A stretch of 64,000 bases of DNA from Marine group II euryarchaeote REDSEA-S11_B3N4 (GTDB lineage: Archaea > Thermoplasmatota > Poseidoniia > Poseidoniales > Thalassarchaeaceae): NCBI GenBank assembly GCA_001628485.1, contig LURR01000006.1, positions 26,879 to 90,878 of the forward strand, in the 5' to 3' direction. A program made the position numbers and the translations under genes. The notes beneath the pieces were generated by a model, which saw only the letters and a program-made list of their open reading frames with translations, was not told the DNA's origin and did not search any database. Shown here one piece after another: positions 8,842 through 17,865 of this stretch. Each line of letters starts with the position of its first letter. Position 1 is the first letter of the stretch.

Positions 8842-10308
8842 ATGCAGGATGCGCCCGATATCGAACCTGAGTTGTCTAGCGGAGCAATGAAGCTTAGAAG
8901 GAAAAAACTAGACAATCTCCCCTGGGACCATACAGGAAGACACCCAGGAAATCCATACTTCTGGAAGATTATCCTCATACTGATGGGCGTAGGGCTTAGG
9001 TATATTTTCAGAAGGAGTCACTATGAGAAGATACCAGATTTCGAAGGAGGCAGAGTGATATCTTCGATGCACATTAACGGATTGGTAGATCCTGCCACTT
9101 TGGTACATTCCCAAGATAGAAGAATAATATCTATGGGTAGACACGATCTTATGACAATGCCACTAATTGGCTGGTTCTCACGAAGGATGGGATCACAACC
9201 AGTAATCAGGAAGTCGGAGATTGAAAACGGGGTTTCCGATGAAGAATACGCTAGAAAAATCAACGACAGGACCCTCCTGACGATGACGAATTGTATTGCT
9301 TCGGGATACAATGCTATGGTAATGCCCGAAGGCAAGTCTCACCAAGATCCACATCTCCACCGTTTCAAGACTGGTCCGATGAGATTTGCTCTAAATGCAG
9401 CCTCAATAGCGAAACACAGAGGCCTCCCCAATCCTGCCCTTCAGCCTGTGGGATTGCATTTCAGGTGTTACCACTGGTTTAGAACAGATGTCTTTGTCGA
9501 ATTCCAAGAACCAATCCCCGTCCTAGCTCCAGAAGTCTCAGGAGCCCCTGAGAGATTGTCATCAGGGAAATGGGAAGAACCACCATCGGATCAAGTTCAT
9601 TATTTGAGGGACACTCTTTTTTCATCTCTTTCAGAAGTAACTCCAGATGCTCCGGATTGGGGAACGTACCGTGCTTGGCATCTGATAGGACACATCAAGG
9701 CGAATACTTCCAATTCCCAGCTGAAATCATTCAGAGACGAGGTTCTCGCTGCCAGAGAAGTTAGAGCCGCATTATCTGAAGGGCAGACTAAGGAGGACCT
9801 GATGGCACCCGCTATCGAGGCTGCCAAAATTCTGAATGATGATCAGCTGGATGGCCGAGCATTGACTGGAATCAAGTTAGACTCCAGAATAGCATGGACA
9901 AAATCTGCAATTGGAATTTTTCTGATGATTCTAATGTCTCCAGTCACAATCCCCTCCACTGGTATTCAGGCATTTTTCGCTTGGTATCTTGGAGATAGAA
10001 CCGACGAGGGAATAGATGCAAGGACAACTTACCACTTTCTAGCTGCGATGTTCTCACCAATACTGTTCTGGCTCCCGTTGTCAATATTCACAGCATTCCT
10101 GGTGCATCCACCTTCTTTGTTGAGCATCGCCATAGCTATGTCGATCATGTTGGTAATACATATCTCAAACCTAGTTTTCTTGTTTGGCTATGATTGTTGG
10201 TCAGACTTCTCAACTTCCAGAAGGAGAGCAAAACTCGCTTCTTCAGACAGAGGAAAGAGACTCGAAGAATTGATTTTAGATGTGAAAACCAATCTCAACT
10301 TGCTCTAA
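8842..10308 (+). CDS. Glycerolipid acyltransferase (GPAT/LPLAT superfamily, Gpt2/Sct1- or AAK14816-like) with a C-terminal multi-TM domain
   Basis: ORF 8740..10308; the ATG at 8842 follows the HIT stop. Acyltransferase motif I 'SMHINGLVDP' (compare 'PHANQFVDP') and motif III 'MPEGKSHQD' (compare 'FPEGGSHDR'). C-terminal hydrophobic helices include 'IGIFLMILMSPVTIP', 'FLAAMFSPILFWLPLSIFTAFLV' and 'IAIAMSIMLVIHISNLVFLFGY'. Confidence 0.65.
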   Translation: MQDAPDIEPELSSGAMKLRRKKLDNLPWDHTGRHPGNPYFWKIILILMGVGLRYIFRRSHYEKIPDFEGGRVISSMHINGLVDPATLVHSQDRRIISMGRHDLMTMPLIGWFSRRMGSQPVIRKSEIENGVSDEEYARKINDRTLLTMTNCIASGYNAMVMPEGKSHQDPHLHRFKTGPMRFALNAASIAKHRGLPNPALQPVGLHFRCYHWFRTDVFVEFQEPIPVLAPEVSGAPERLSSGKWEEPPSDQVHYLRDTLFSSLSEVTPDAPDWGTYRAWHLIGHIKANTSNSQLKSFRDEVLAAREVRAALSEGQTKEDLMAPAIEAAKILNDDQLDGRALTGIKLDSRIAWTKSAIGIFLMILMSPVTIPSTGIQAFFAWYLGDRTDEGIDARTTYHFLAAMFSPILFWLPLSIFTAFLVHPPSLLSIAIAMSIMLVIHISNLVFLFGYDCWSDFSTSRRRAKLASSDRGKRLEELILDVKTNLNLL

Positions 10309-10332
10309 ATAGGACGACCTTCTGGAGCTATT

Positions 10333-10956
10333 GTGAACCACAACGAGGCTGCAGACAGTATTCGGTCATGGTTGGACAGTGAGAGGCTGGAGGCAAGAGA
10401 GGTGAAAGACCCTCAGGCCATAATCCACCTTCATGTTAGATACCCCCCAACTAAGCAAGGCCATCTGTTCAATATTGTAATTCCCAAGAAGAGAAATTTG
10501 GTATTGTTATATTCCATTACAAGAGTAGATGAGGGACAGCAGGAGTCAATGCGTGAAATGGCTAAAGAAGACTCAGAGTCATGGGAGGAATGGCTACACG
10601 ATACTAGAATCAGAATGACATCTTCTGACTTAGATTGGGTCCTCCATGTTGGGAGAAACAAGCAAGGAGTCGCAGGCCCACTCCAGGCCTTCAATCTCTC
10701 TAGGCCAGTTTGGCTGGATGGACTTACTCAGAATGAATTTATGCAGAGTATGAGAAGAGTTTGGCTAACCAAGCTATCACTGATTCACCAAATAAAGTAC
10801 GGCTTTGGAAACGGGAAGGGGAAACCAGGCCCAGTGGATGATTGGGAAGGGAAGACAGACAGAAAATCTCCTCAATCTCCTACTAGACATTCAGAGATTG
10901 ATACTGACGAGACAGGCGGGTTTGGGAAGGATTTTGACCCACTGGAATGGGCCTAG
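10333..10956 (+). CDS. Hypothetical cytoplasmic protein (possibly YbjN/DUF2299-like)
   Basis: A 207-aa ORF with a GTG start. It has no TM segment and an acidic/Gly-rich tail. The family assignment is only a weak impression. Confidence 0.4.
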   Translation: MNHNEAADSIRSWLDSERLEAREVKDPQAIIHLHVRYPPTKQGHLFNIVIPKKRNLVLLYSITRVDEGQQESMREMAKEDSESWEEWLHDTRIRMTSSDLDWVLHVGRNKQGVAGPLQAFNLSRPVWLDGLTQNEFMQSMRRVWLTKLSLIHQIKYGFGNGKGKPGPVDDWEGKTDRKSPQSPTRHSEIDTDETGGFGKDFDPLEWA

Positions 10957-11023
10957 TTCGTCATCTCGGTTAAGTGACCATAATGGGTATAGGTTAAGTA
11001 TTCGAGAAAGTCGAATAAAGGCG

Positions 11024-14000
11024 ATGCATACCTCTCGACATCTCACTAACGATCGTATATCTACCAAGAAGAGCGGTTTAGCGATTGTCGTGCTAATGCT
11101 CGTAAGCCTTCTTGCCACATTCTCACCGCAGGCTAGCGCGAGCGAAATTGTTCTGACCGACCCGATAGAAGTCGTCCAGAGCGGTGTTCACAATGATAGA
11201 ATGATGTCCATGGATGCAGACTCATCTGGAAACGTCCACGTAGTTTGGAGCCGCAATACGAACCACCTCTACTACAAGATGCTAGATCCAAGGGGAGAGA
11301 CGCTGATTGCCGAGACTCAAATCTCTGATCCAGGAGCCCATCGAGCCTGGCACCCAGACATTAGAGTGGACAATGATGACATGGTCCACGTTGTCTGGAC
11401 GGATAAGGCAAGTCAGTACAAGATAATGTACACTCTATTGGATCCTTCATTGGACGATCAGAGCGGCGATGCGTCTCTGGACTCGGTACTTTCCGTGATT
11501 CCAGACGATTACGAGGTTGCAAACAATCCTCAGAACAGAGACTGGCCTGCAATAGACGTTGATTCTGAAAATAATCCACATATTGTGTGGGAAGACTCGT
11601 TCGAACCATTGGAACTATACTATCAACAATCTCAGATTTACTACAAGATGATGTCAATTGATCACGTCGCTAGAATGGTAATAGTGGAGATTGACAGCAC
11701 ACTGCTGACCCCTATCCTTGGACAGAAGGGTCACCCAGATATCGCTGTTGACGTAAATGACTTCGTTCAGATAGTGTGGGACGATACTAGGGGCGGCCAA
11801 GTAGAGATGGTTGTTCCTATCGATACATCCGGCTCTATGAATGCAGAATGGGCTGACATGTGTGCTGTATTCTATGGAGGGAACTTTGCGAGCGGTGGGT
11901 ATTTCGTGGGCCTAAAGCCCATGCTCGTCAGCGCCAATATGAGTGTATACGAAACCCTCTATGCACTAAGCGGCAATTGGCCAGCAGCAGCGACCAGTGG
12001 AAACTGTGCCGATGCGTACCAGACCGGAGGATCCGGGAGTCAGGGCCCGAGAAACACTCCTCTAGGTCCAGGAGACTCCTCGGGAGGGATCAGAGAACTC
12101 ACTGAGGTGGTTTACAACAACCAGGCGACCAACCTACCCGCTGATGGAGGTTACTACAGCGAGTTCTGGGGGCCTGCAGCAACTTGGGCCTGCCTATCCT
12201 ACAGAGATGTCCAAGGAAGGCAGGGACTTTCTGCAAACCCACCAACAGCACTGGACCACCGATGGAATGACAATGCCACGAGGGTCGTAATTCCAATTTC
12301 TGACGAAGGACCATATGGAGGGACACCAATGGACAACGACGATACGCAGAGCATCAATCAGGCCCACGACGCCTGTGTTTTGGCTCAGACAAAGCCATAT
12401 CCTCTCTGGGCAGGCTCCGACACTTCTGTGGGAAGTTACATGCTCGATCTTGCCCAGTGCCCCGTGGGGTCAGGACTGAACACTAGGTCATGCAGCGGGG
12501 CTACGACTCGAACAACTTCCGCAGAGGGCCAAATGTATCAGTTCCCAACAACCGCAGGCTCCTCATCGGAGCTCGAGATAATGGTAGAGGCAATGGTCTA
12601 CTTAGCCACGAATAACTCTCGAGAGATCTACATGACTGTTCTAGACCCTCACTCGCTTCTGGAGAATCCATGGCCTGGTTGGACTAGAGGCGATCCAGGC
12701 ACAGAATCTAATCAGCAAGGAGGTTACTATACTGAGGATTTGGGCCCTTCAGAGGATGAACAGGGCTATGGACATCTGGTTGTTGTGAATGATACCCAAA
12801 TTACAAACAACCCTGCTTACAGCCTACACCCTTCAATAGCAATAGACACATCAGGAAATACGCATCTCGCATGGCAAGATGGCCGTCTGTATCCAGGCTG
12901 TTCAGGACCAACAGGTGGTATCGATATCGAAGGCGCCTACGAAATATACTATACCAGACTCAGACTAAGAGGTGCTGCAGAATGGGACGGAGTCCCCGAG
13001 GGCCTACCAGCATACGGGATTAAGCAAATCGCGTCAAGCGCTATTTCGAACTCCGAGCAATGCGAGGGTGCTAGTGACGAATTCCCGTTTGCGCCAAGCT
13101 CGGTAGCCCCTTCTATCTTGACCGACTCCTTTGACAATGTCCACCTGGCTTGGATAGACTACAGCAATACTGAATGGCAGGAGACAATTATGTATGCCAG
13201 ACTGAACAACACCAACGAGGAGTACCCGCAGGGATTCCCATTGAATTCTGCAGCCTCCTCGATACTGGACCCATGGGAGATACAAGAAGTCACCAACTGG
13301 TCTTCTGACAAGCTAGGCCCAGCACCCTGCCAGCCAGAGTGCAATACCGCCGACGGACACCATCTATTCCCTGACTTCAATCTCGATCGCGGGATGCCTC
13401 CTGCATTCGCCAACGATCTCGGTAGTGGTGCACATATCGGATGGTCAGACAAGAGGTGCGACTGGGACGGTCAGAATGCCAACAAGTGGACTCTTTGCTA
13501 CGTACACGTACTGACTGGCCTAGTGGACCTCTCACTGGCCTGTGACCAAAAGATACAGGCAAATCCGAATATTGAGGGATACCCGTATGACTGCCCTTCA
13601 GACGCTGAGACATTCTACCATACCATTCAGCCAGGAGAACTTACAACGTTCAACATCACAATTGCCAATCCCACCCCAGGGCCCGCGGAATTAGTCCAGG
13701 ATACGTTCACCATAACAATGGAGGGCGTTCCAAACAACTGGACTGCAACACTATTCTACACGACCAACAATACCCCGATTTTTGACTCAACTAAGATTTT
13801 CCTCGAGGGTGGAGCCATAGATCCCCTTTACCTAAGAGTCAGAACACCCACAATCTATCAGGCTAAGAGCGACGAACTTGCACAGATAAGCATCATCGCA
13901 ACTTCCCAAAAGGACCCCGCTATCCGCAACAAGCTAACATTGCTAACTCTGATGGACGTTGTCCATGGAATAGAACTCGATACCAGCCATTTCCAAGTAG

Positions 14001-16273
14001 ATGTTGAGCAGGGCAAATCGGCAGTCTTCTCAATTTCGATCAAGAACACTGGAAACGTTTTCGATACGTTCGCATTCTACGACCCGGCTACACTGGACGG
14101 ACAAAACGAGTGGTCACTTCCGTTTGGATGGGGGATAGACTTCCCACTATCACTATCCTTGGATCCCGGTCAATCCGTAACTAGGAATCTAAAGGTCAGT
14201 GTCCCTGAATCCCAGGACCCCGGCACCTTTGCCATATACCTGAAGGGATGGTCAACCGGCGAGCCTGTCTTGTCTGTCGATAGAGGGACATTCGATGTAC
14301 TAGAGTTATGGATAAACGTCTCCATAAGGACAACTGGGAACATTGTATTCGATATCGGGGATACAAAACTGTACGTTCTTCCCGGGGAGTGTGCCAGATT
14401 CCCTGTTCAGGTGAACAAGTACTTCACTCCAGGGAGTCTAGTTTTCACAACTCCCGGCGCACCGATGGAGAGACCAGAAGAGGCAGATATCAACTCATGG
14501 AGGTTCGATCACTGGACAGTAGACTTGGACTTCTCAGAATGGCCGGGGGGATCTTCATCTGCTGACCAGGACATCTACTGGGCAAACGTAGGTAACACAT
14601 ACACAGTCACGGCCGAGATGTGCTCTCCGTTCAATGCAACCGCTGGAATTGGGGAATCTGTCACAGTCCGCGCGCATCTGGATGGCTCCCCTAAGGTTCG
14701 TGACTCCGTGCTAATTTTGACTAATGTTGTTCAGAGATACGAACTAGAATCCTCCGTACCTGAGACTATACTAGACCTATACCCCGGGCAGTCCTACCAA
14801 ATGAACACCACAATCTCCAACCTAGGAAACGGCCAAGACAGGTTCGACGTCACAATCGAGTCCATAATTGACGATAAAGGAGCGGCTCACGTTTGGGACA
14901 TGTACATCCCGAGGATACTGTTTGAGGAATTGAACAGAGACGAGTCACAGACCATCCCAATCTACATCAACGTCCCAGTTCAGACCCTTGCTGGTGATTA
15001 CACAATCACATTCAACGTCCTGAGTGAGGAGCCCTATGAGGGAACTAGGGTTCAGGATCAGGTGGTACTCAGAGCTACCATAATCGAGTTCCACGATATG
15101 CAAATTTCTCTAGATCCATTGGTGGAGAGCAAAATCAAGACCACGGCTCCAAGTAGAATCGTGAGATACACTCTCAACGTCTCAAATTATGGAAACGTGG
15201 CTGATCAGCCTACGATCCACAACCACACATACGATGACGTGAACAAAATCTGGTCCGTGAGTCCGGGCCTGGGTTCTCTAAGCACATGGCAAATAGACTA
15301 CGCTCTCTTGGAAGGGTTCGGCAGCGAGTTCCCGCTTGAGAAGCCATGCGTAGAACTCAAAGTCGAAGAGGAGAACCAAATCAACCAGCAAATCTCCCAG
15401 GGAGAAGGGCCCGACTATTGCTATGTAACCGCAGGAAACACGATCACACTTCCCGTGATGGAGCCCTACACTACTCTGCAACTAGTTGTCATTGTCACAG
15501 TGGCTCCCGATGCATCGCTGGTCGACAGAAATCTCGGAATCAAGGTCCTATCCATGCACGGCTCTTCTGACGAGGGCGGTGATTTCGACGAGACTGAAGT
15601 TTGGACCGACTCGTGCTCATTGGACAGCAACTCTGACGGAATCCCCGACAATCCCGCCCCTGATTGCGATACGAATGAGCAGGTCCTCGAGATGCGCCTC
15701 AGAGCTCCCGATCTAGTTCTAGAGAGCGTAGTGGCTCCAGATAGAGAAGCCGAGATTGGAGAGATGCTCTCTGTCAACGTATACATTACGAATAGAGGAA
15801 ACGCACACGCTGCTGACGTCAACATCATCCTTTGCAAGGATCAGTCAGAATCTGACATCAAGAGGAACGGATGCAAGGAGGAGAACATCGTCTACAGACA
15901 GATTGTAAATGCTATTATGCCAATAGGGCAGTCCGAATCAGATCTGTCTGACCCGATTACCCTGCTATACATGGTCGAAGCCGGCAACCACGATGTCGTA
16001 GTCGTAGTAGATCCTGACAATAATATCGTTGAAACCGACGAGAGTAACAACATCGAGAAGATAGGAACCATGAAATCTCCACTCGGAGCAATCGATGTAG
16101 GCAGAGAGATTGTCGTTAGATACTCTGTTCCGGTTATTATCATCGGCGCAACCTTCTCCCTATTCGGAGTCGCAGGCTTCGTAATCTGGGGAAGGAGGGT
16201 CGAGGCACTCGCCAGATTCTCAGAACTGAGCAGTCTATTGCCAGGTTCAGATGATGATGACCTAGTGTTCTGA
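11024..16273 (+). CDS. Large cell-surface protein (1,749 aa): signal peptide, repeat array with inserted vWA/MIDAS domain, several CARDB/NEW3-like beta-sandwich domains, C-terminal TM anchor
   Basis: The ATG at 11024 gives 'MHTSRHLTNDRISTKKSGLAIVVLMLVSLLATFSPQASA'. Seven '[SD]xN/xH[VIL][VA]W.D' repeats. MIDAS 'VVPIDTSGSMN' plus 'VVIPISDEGPYGG'. Beta-sandwich signatures 'ISIKNTGNVFDTF', 'TISNLGNGQDRFD', 'LNVSNYGNVADQP' and 'YITNRGNAHAADVNI'. C-terminal TM 'VPVIIIGATFSLFGVAGFVIWG'. Confidence 0.8.
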   Translation: MHTSRHLTNDRISTKKSGLAIVVLMLVSLLATFSPQASASEIVLTDPIEVVQSGVHNDRMMSMDADSSGNVHVVWSRNTNHLYYKMLDPRGETLIAETQISDPGAHRAWHPDIRVDNDDMVHVVWTDKASQYKIMYTLLDPSLDDQSGDASLDSVLSVIPDDYEVANNPQNRDWPAIDVDSENNPHIVWEDSFEPLELYYQQSQIYYKMMSIDHVARMVIVEIDSTLLTPILGQKGHPDIAVDVNDFVQIVWDDTRGGQVEMVVPIDTSGSMNAEWADMCAVFYGGNFASGGYFVGLKPMLVSANMSVYETLYALSGNWPAAATSGNCADAYQTGGSGSQGPRNTPLGPGDSSGGIRELTEVVYNNQATNLPADGGYYSEFWGPAATWACLSYRDVQGRQGLSANPPTALDHRWNDNATRVVIPISDEGPYGGTPMDNDDTQSINQAHDACVLAQTKPYPLWAGSDTSVGSYMLDLAQCPVGSGLNTRSCSGATTRTTSAEGQMYQFPTTAGSSSELEIMVEAMVYLATNNSREIYMTVLDPHSLLENPWPGWTRGDPGTESNQQGGYYTEDLGPSEDEQGYGHLVVVNDTQITNNPAYSLHPSIAIDTSGNTHLAWQDGRLYPGCSGPTGGIDIEGAYEIYYTRLRLRGAAEWDGVPEGLPAYGIKQIASSAISNSEQCEGASDEFPFAPSSVAPSILTDSFDNVHLAWIDYSNTEWQETIMYARLNNTNEEYPQGFPLNSAASSILDPWEIQEVTNWSSDKLGPAPCQPECNTADGHHLFPDFNLDRGMPPAFANDLGSGAHIGWSDKRCDWDGQNANKWTLCYVHVLTGLVDLSLACDQKIQANPNIEGYPYDCPSDAETFYHTIQPGELTTFNITIANPTPGPAELVQDTFTITMEGVPNNWTATLFYTTNNTPIFDSTKIFLEGGAIDPLYLRVRTPTIYQAKSDELAQISIIATSQKDPAIRNKLTLLTLMDVVHGIELDTSHFQVDVEQGKSAVFSISIKNTGNVFDTFAFYDPATLDGQNEWSLPFGWGIDFPLSLSLDPGQSVTRNLKVSVPESQDPGTFAIYLKGWSTGEPVLSVDRGTFDVLELWINVSIRTTGNIVFDIGDTKLYVLPGECARFPVQVNKYFTPGSLVFTTPGAPMERPEEADINSWRFDHWTVDLDFSEWPGGSSSADQDIYWANVGNTYTVTAEMCSPFNATAGIGESVTVRAHLDGSPKVRDSVLILTNVVQRYELESSVPETILDLYPGQSYQMNTTISNLGNGQDRFDVTIESIIDDKGAAHVWDMYIPRILFEELNRDESQTIPIYINVPVQTLAGDYTITFNVLSEEPYEGTRVQDQVVLRATIIEFHDMQISLDPLVESKIKTTAPSRIVRYTLNVSNYGNVADQPTIHNHTYDDVNKIWSVSPGLGSLSTWQIDYALLEGFGSEFPLEKPCVELKVEEENQINQQISQGEGPDYCYVTAGNTITLPVMEPYTTLQLVVIVTVAPDASLVDRNLGIKVLSMHGSSDEGGDFDETEVWTDSCSLDSNSDGIPDNPAPDCDTNEQVLEMRLRAPDLVLESVVAPDREAEIGEMLSVNVYITNRGNAHAADVNIILCKDQSESDIKRNGCKEENIVYRQIVNAIMPIGQSESDLSDPITLLYMVEAGNHDVVVVVDPDNNIVETDESNNIEKIGTMKSPLGAIDVGREIVVRYSVPVIIIGATFSLFGVAGFVIWGRRVEALARFSELSSLLPGSDDDDLVF

Positions 16274-16276
16274 GGT

Positions 16277-17008
16277 CTACTTCGCCATCCACCATGGAAG
16301 CGGCGTTGACTCTCTACCAGAGACAAAGGAACCAGAACTTGTCGCGAAATCCCTCATTAGTTTCTCTCTCAAAGCATCCATCATCTTCTCAGCATGCATT
16401 GATTGTATCCTCATACCTTGGGAGAATGCATCCAAGTCCAATGGCCTCCTTGGGTTCCTCATCATGGCGTGTGCAAGTTGCCTCTCTTCGTAAGACTCGA
16501 AGCCCCTTTCCAGACTCGGAGAGACCTTGTGCATGACTTTCTGATGAAGCGCGATTATCGAATCCCTCTGCCTGTCAACACTCTCCAATGCCGCATCCAA
16601 CTCTGACAAGATCCCCATCGCATCTACTATCGGCAGGCTCTTCCTGGAACTAATCCTGCCCAAAACACTCTCCAGATTTTCAGGAAGACCTCCGGCAAAA
16701 CTCACCCCTCGAGGCATCTTCCTATGCTCAGCCCTGAAAAGGTCAGGCCCCAAATCCAGACGAATCGAGAACGACTGATTGACTCTGTACACTTTCTTGG
16801 GGGGGCCGCCTTTGTCCGACTTCTTCATTTCCGAATCTACGAATCCAGCTTCCTCCAGAACCTTGAGGTGTTTTACAACCGCCTGTTGGCTTACATCAAG
16901 CAACTCAGAGAGTTGCAATGGGTAGTGAGGCTCCTTTACGAGATGTCTGAGAATAGATCTCCTAGTAGGATTCTCCAGAATACTCAGAGACTCATCGAAG
17001 CCCACCAC
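16277..17008 (-). CDS. ArsR-family winged-helix transcriptional regulator with a roughly 150-aa C-terminal extension
   Basis: 'ILENPTRRSILRHLVKEPHYPLQLSELLDVSQQAVVKHLKVLEEAGFV' is a canonical ArsR/SmtB HTH. Confidence 0.8.
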   Translation of the reverse strand: MVGFDESLSILENPTRRSILRHLVKEPHYPLQLSELLDVSQQAVVKHLKVLEEAGFVDSEMKKSDKGGPPKKVYRVNQSFSIRLDLGPDLFRAEHRKMPRGVSFAGGLPENLESVLGRISSRKSLPIVDAMGILSELDAALESVDRQRDSIIALHQKVMHKVSPSLERGFESYEERQLAHAMMRNPRRPLDLDAFSQGMRIQSMHAEKMMDALREKLMRDFATSSGSFVSGRESTPLPWWMAK

Positions 17009-17088
17009 TACTTACCAACTCAAGGTTGGGTAGTCAACGTCCTCTAAAAACCCAATCTAGGATTTATTTTGACCATGTGCGGTTCAGT

Positions 17089-17847
17089 TCATCCCTCGTC
17101 CCACGACTTCCACGACTCGCCATCCTTCTCCTTTGAAGCATCAGTAGAGATAGTAGACGGGGGTTGTCGATTGGTATCTGAGAAGGGATTCGGCGCCTTT
17201 GGCGGATTCTGATCGTTTTCCATATCACTTTGGGCATTTCCTATTATCACGCGACCGTCATCAATTATTACGAATTGGTCCGGCATCTTCCTTTTGTCAG
17301 TCCATACCATGATTGCTAGTACAAATCCAACCAGGCCAATCGGGGAGCCCAAGCAACAGCCTATGTAGAACAAGTAAGTCCAGACTATTCCGCTTAATTT
17401 GTTCGCAGAGTCCTCATCGTCAACAAGCCAGAGTGTGGTCGTACCAAGATTCTCTAGTGTGTACTCCCCTCCAATATTCTCGAAGACTCTTACAACAGAA
17501 AATGAAGTCCCATTTCGCTCATCATAACGATCAAACTCTAGCGCTCTAGCCCCTCTACCCGGCAATTCGTTACCCTGACTGTCTGTCAATATCAGATCTG
17601 CATCGGGTGAGCCGCCATCGGACACCCTAAGTGCCGAGACTAAGATAGAGCTCTCTATCTCGAACGTAATCGAATCACCTGGTTCCAGTTTCACTAGAGA
17701 GTTGCTCTCCGGATTGTACAGCTCGTTGTAGTCATCGAATACCTGCCACAAAGAAATCACGGCCATCAGTAGTAGGGCCGCGGAGGAAGCGGTGGTGATT
17801 CTGGCCCAAGCCCTCTTCCTGTCGGTCACAACCCTCCCTCTGGGCAC
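17089..17847 (-). CDS. Hypothetical membrane protein
   Basis: N-terminal anchor 'ITTASSAALLLMAVISLW', a roughly 130-aa extracytoplasmic beta-rich segment, a second hydrophobic region 'IVWTYLFYIGCCLGSPIGLVGFVLAIMVW', and a polar tail. It lies 18 nt downstream of top6A on the same strand. Confidence 0.5.
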   Translation of the reverse strand: MPRGRVVTDRKRAWARITTASSAALLLMAVISLWQVFDDYNELYNPESNSLVKLEPGDSITFEIESSILVSALRVSDGGSPDADLILTDSQGNELPGRGARALEFDRYDERNGTSFSVVRVFENIGGEYTLENLGTTTLWLVDDEDSANKLSGIVWTYLFYIGCCLGSPIGLVGFVLAIMVWTDKRKMPDQFVIIDDGRVIIGNAQSDMENDQNPPKAPNPFSDTNRQPPSTISTDASKEKDGESWKSWDEG

Positions 17848-17865
17848 TCATCTATCAGGCTTTTT

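Noticed and set aside
10805-11023. The N-terminal 73 codons of the listed ORF 10805..16273, which overlap the 3' end of 10333..10956.
   Set aside because: A typical signal peptide begins at the ATG at 11024. The upstream part overlaps another ORF in a different frame and has no signal-like features.
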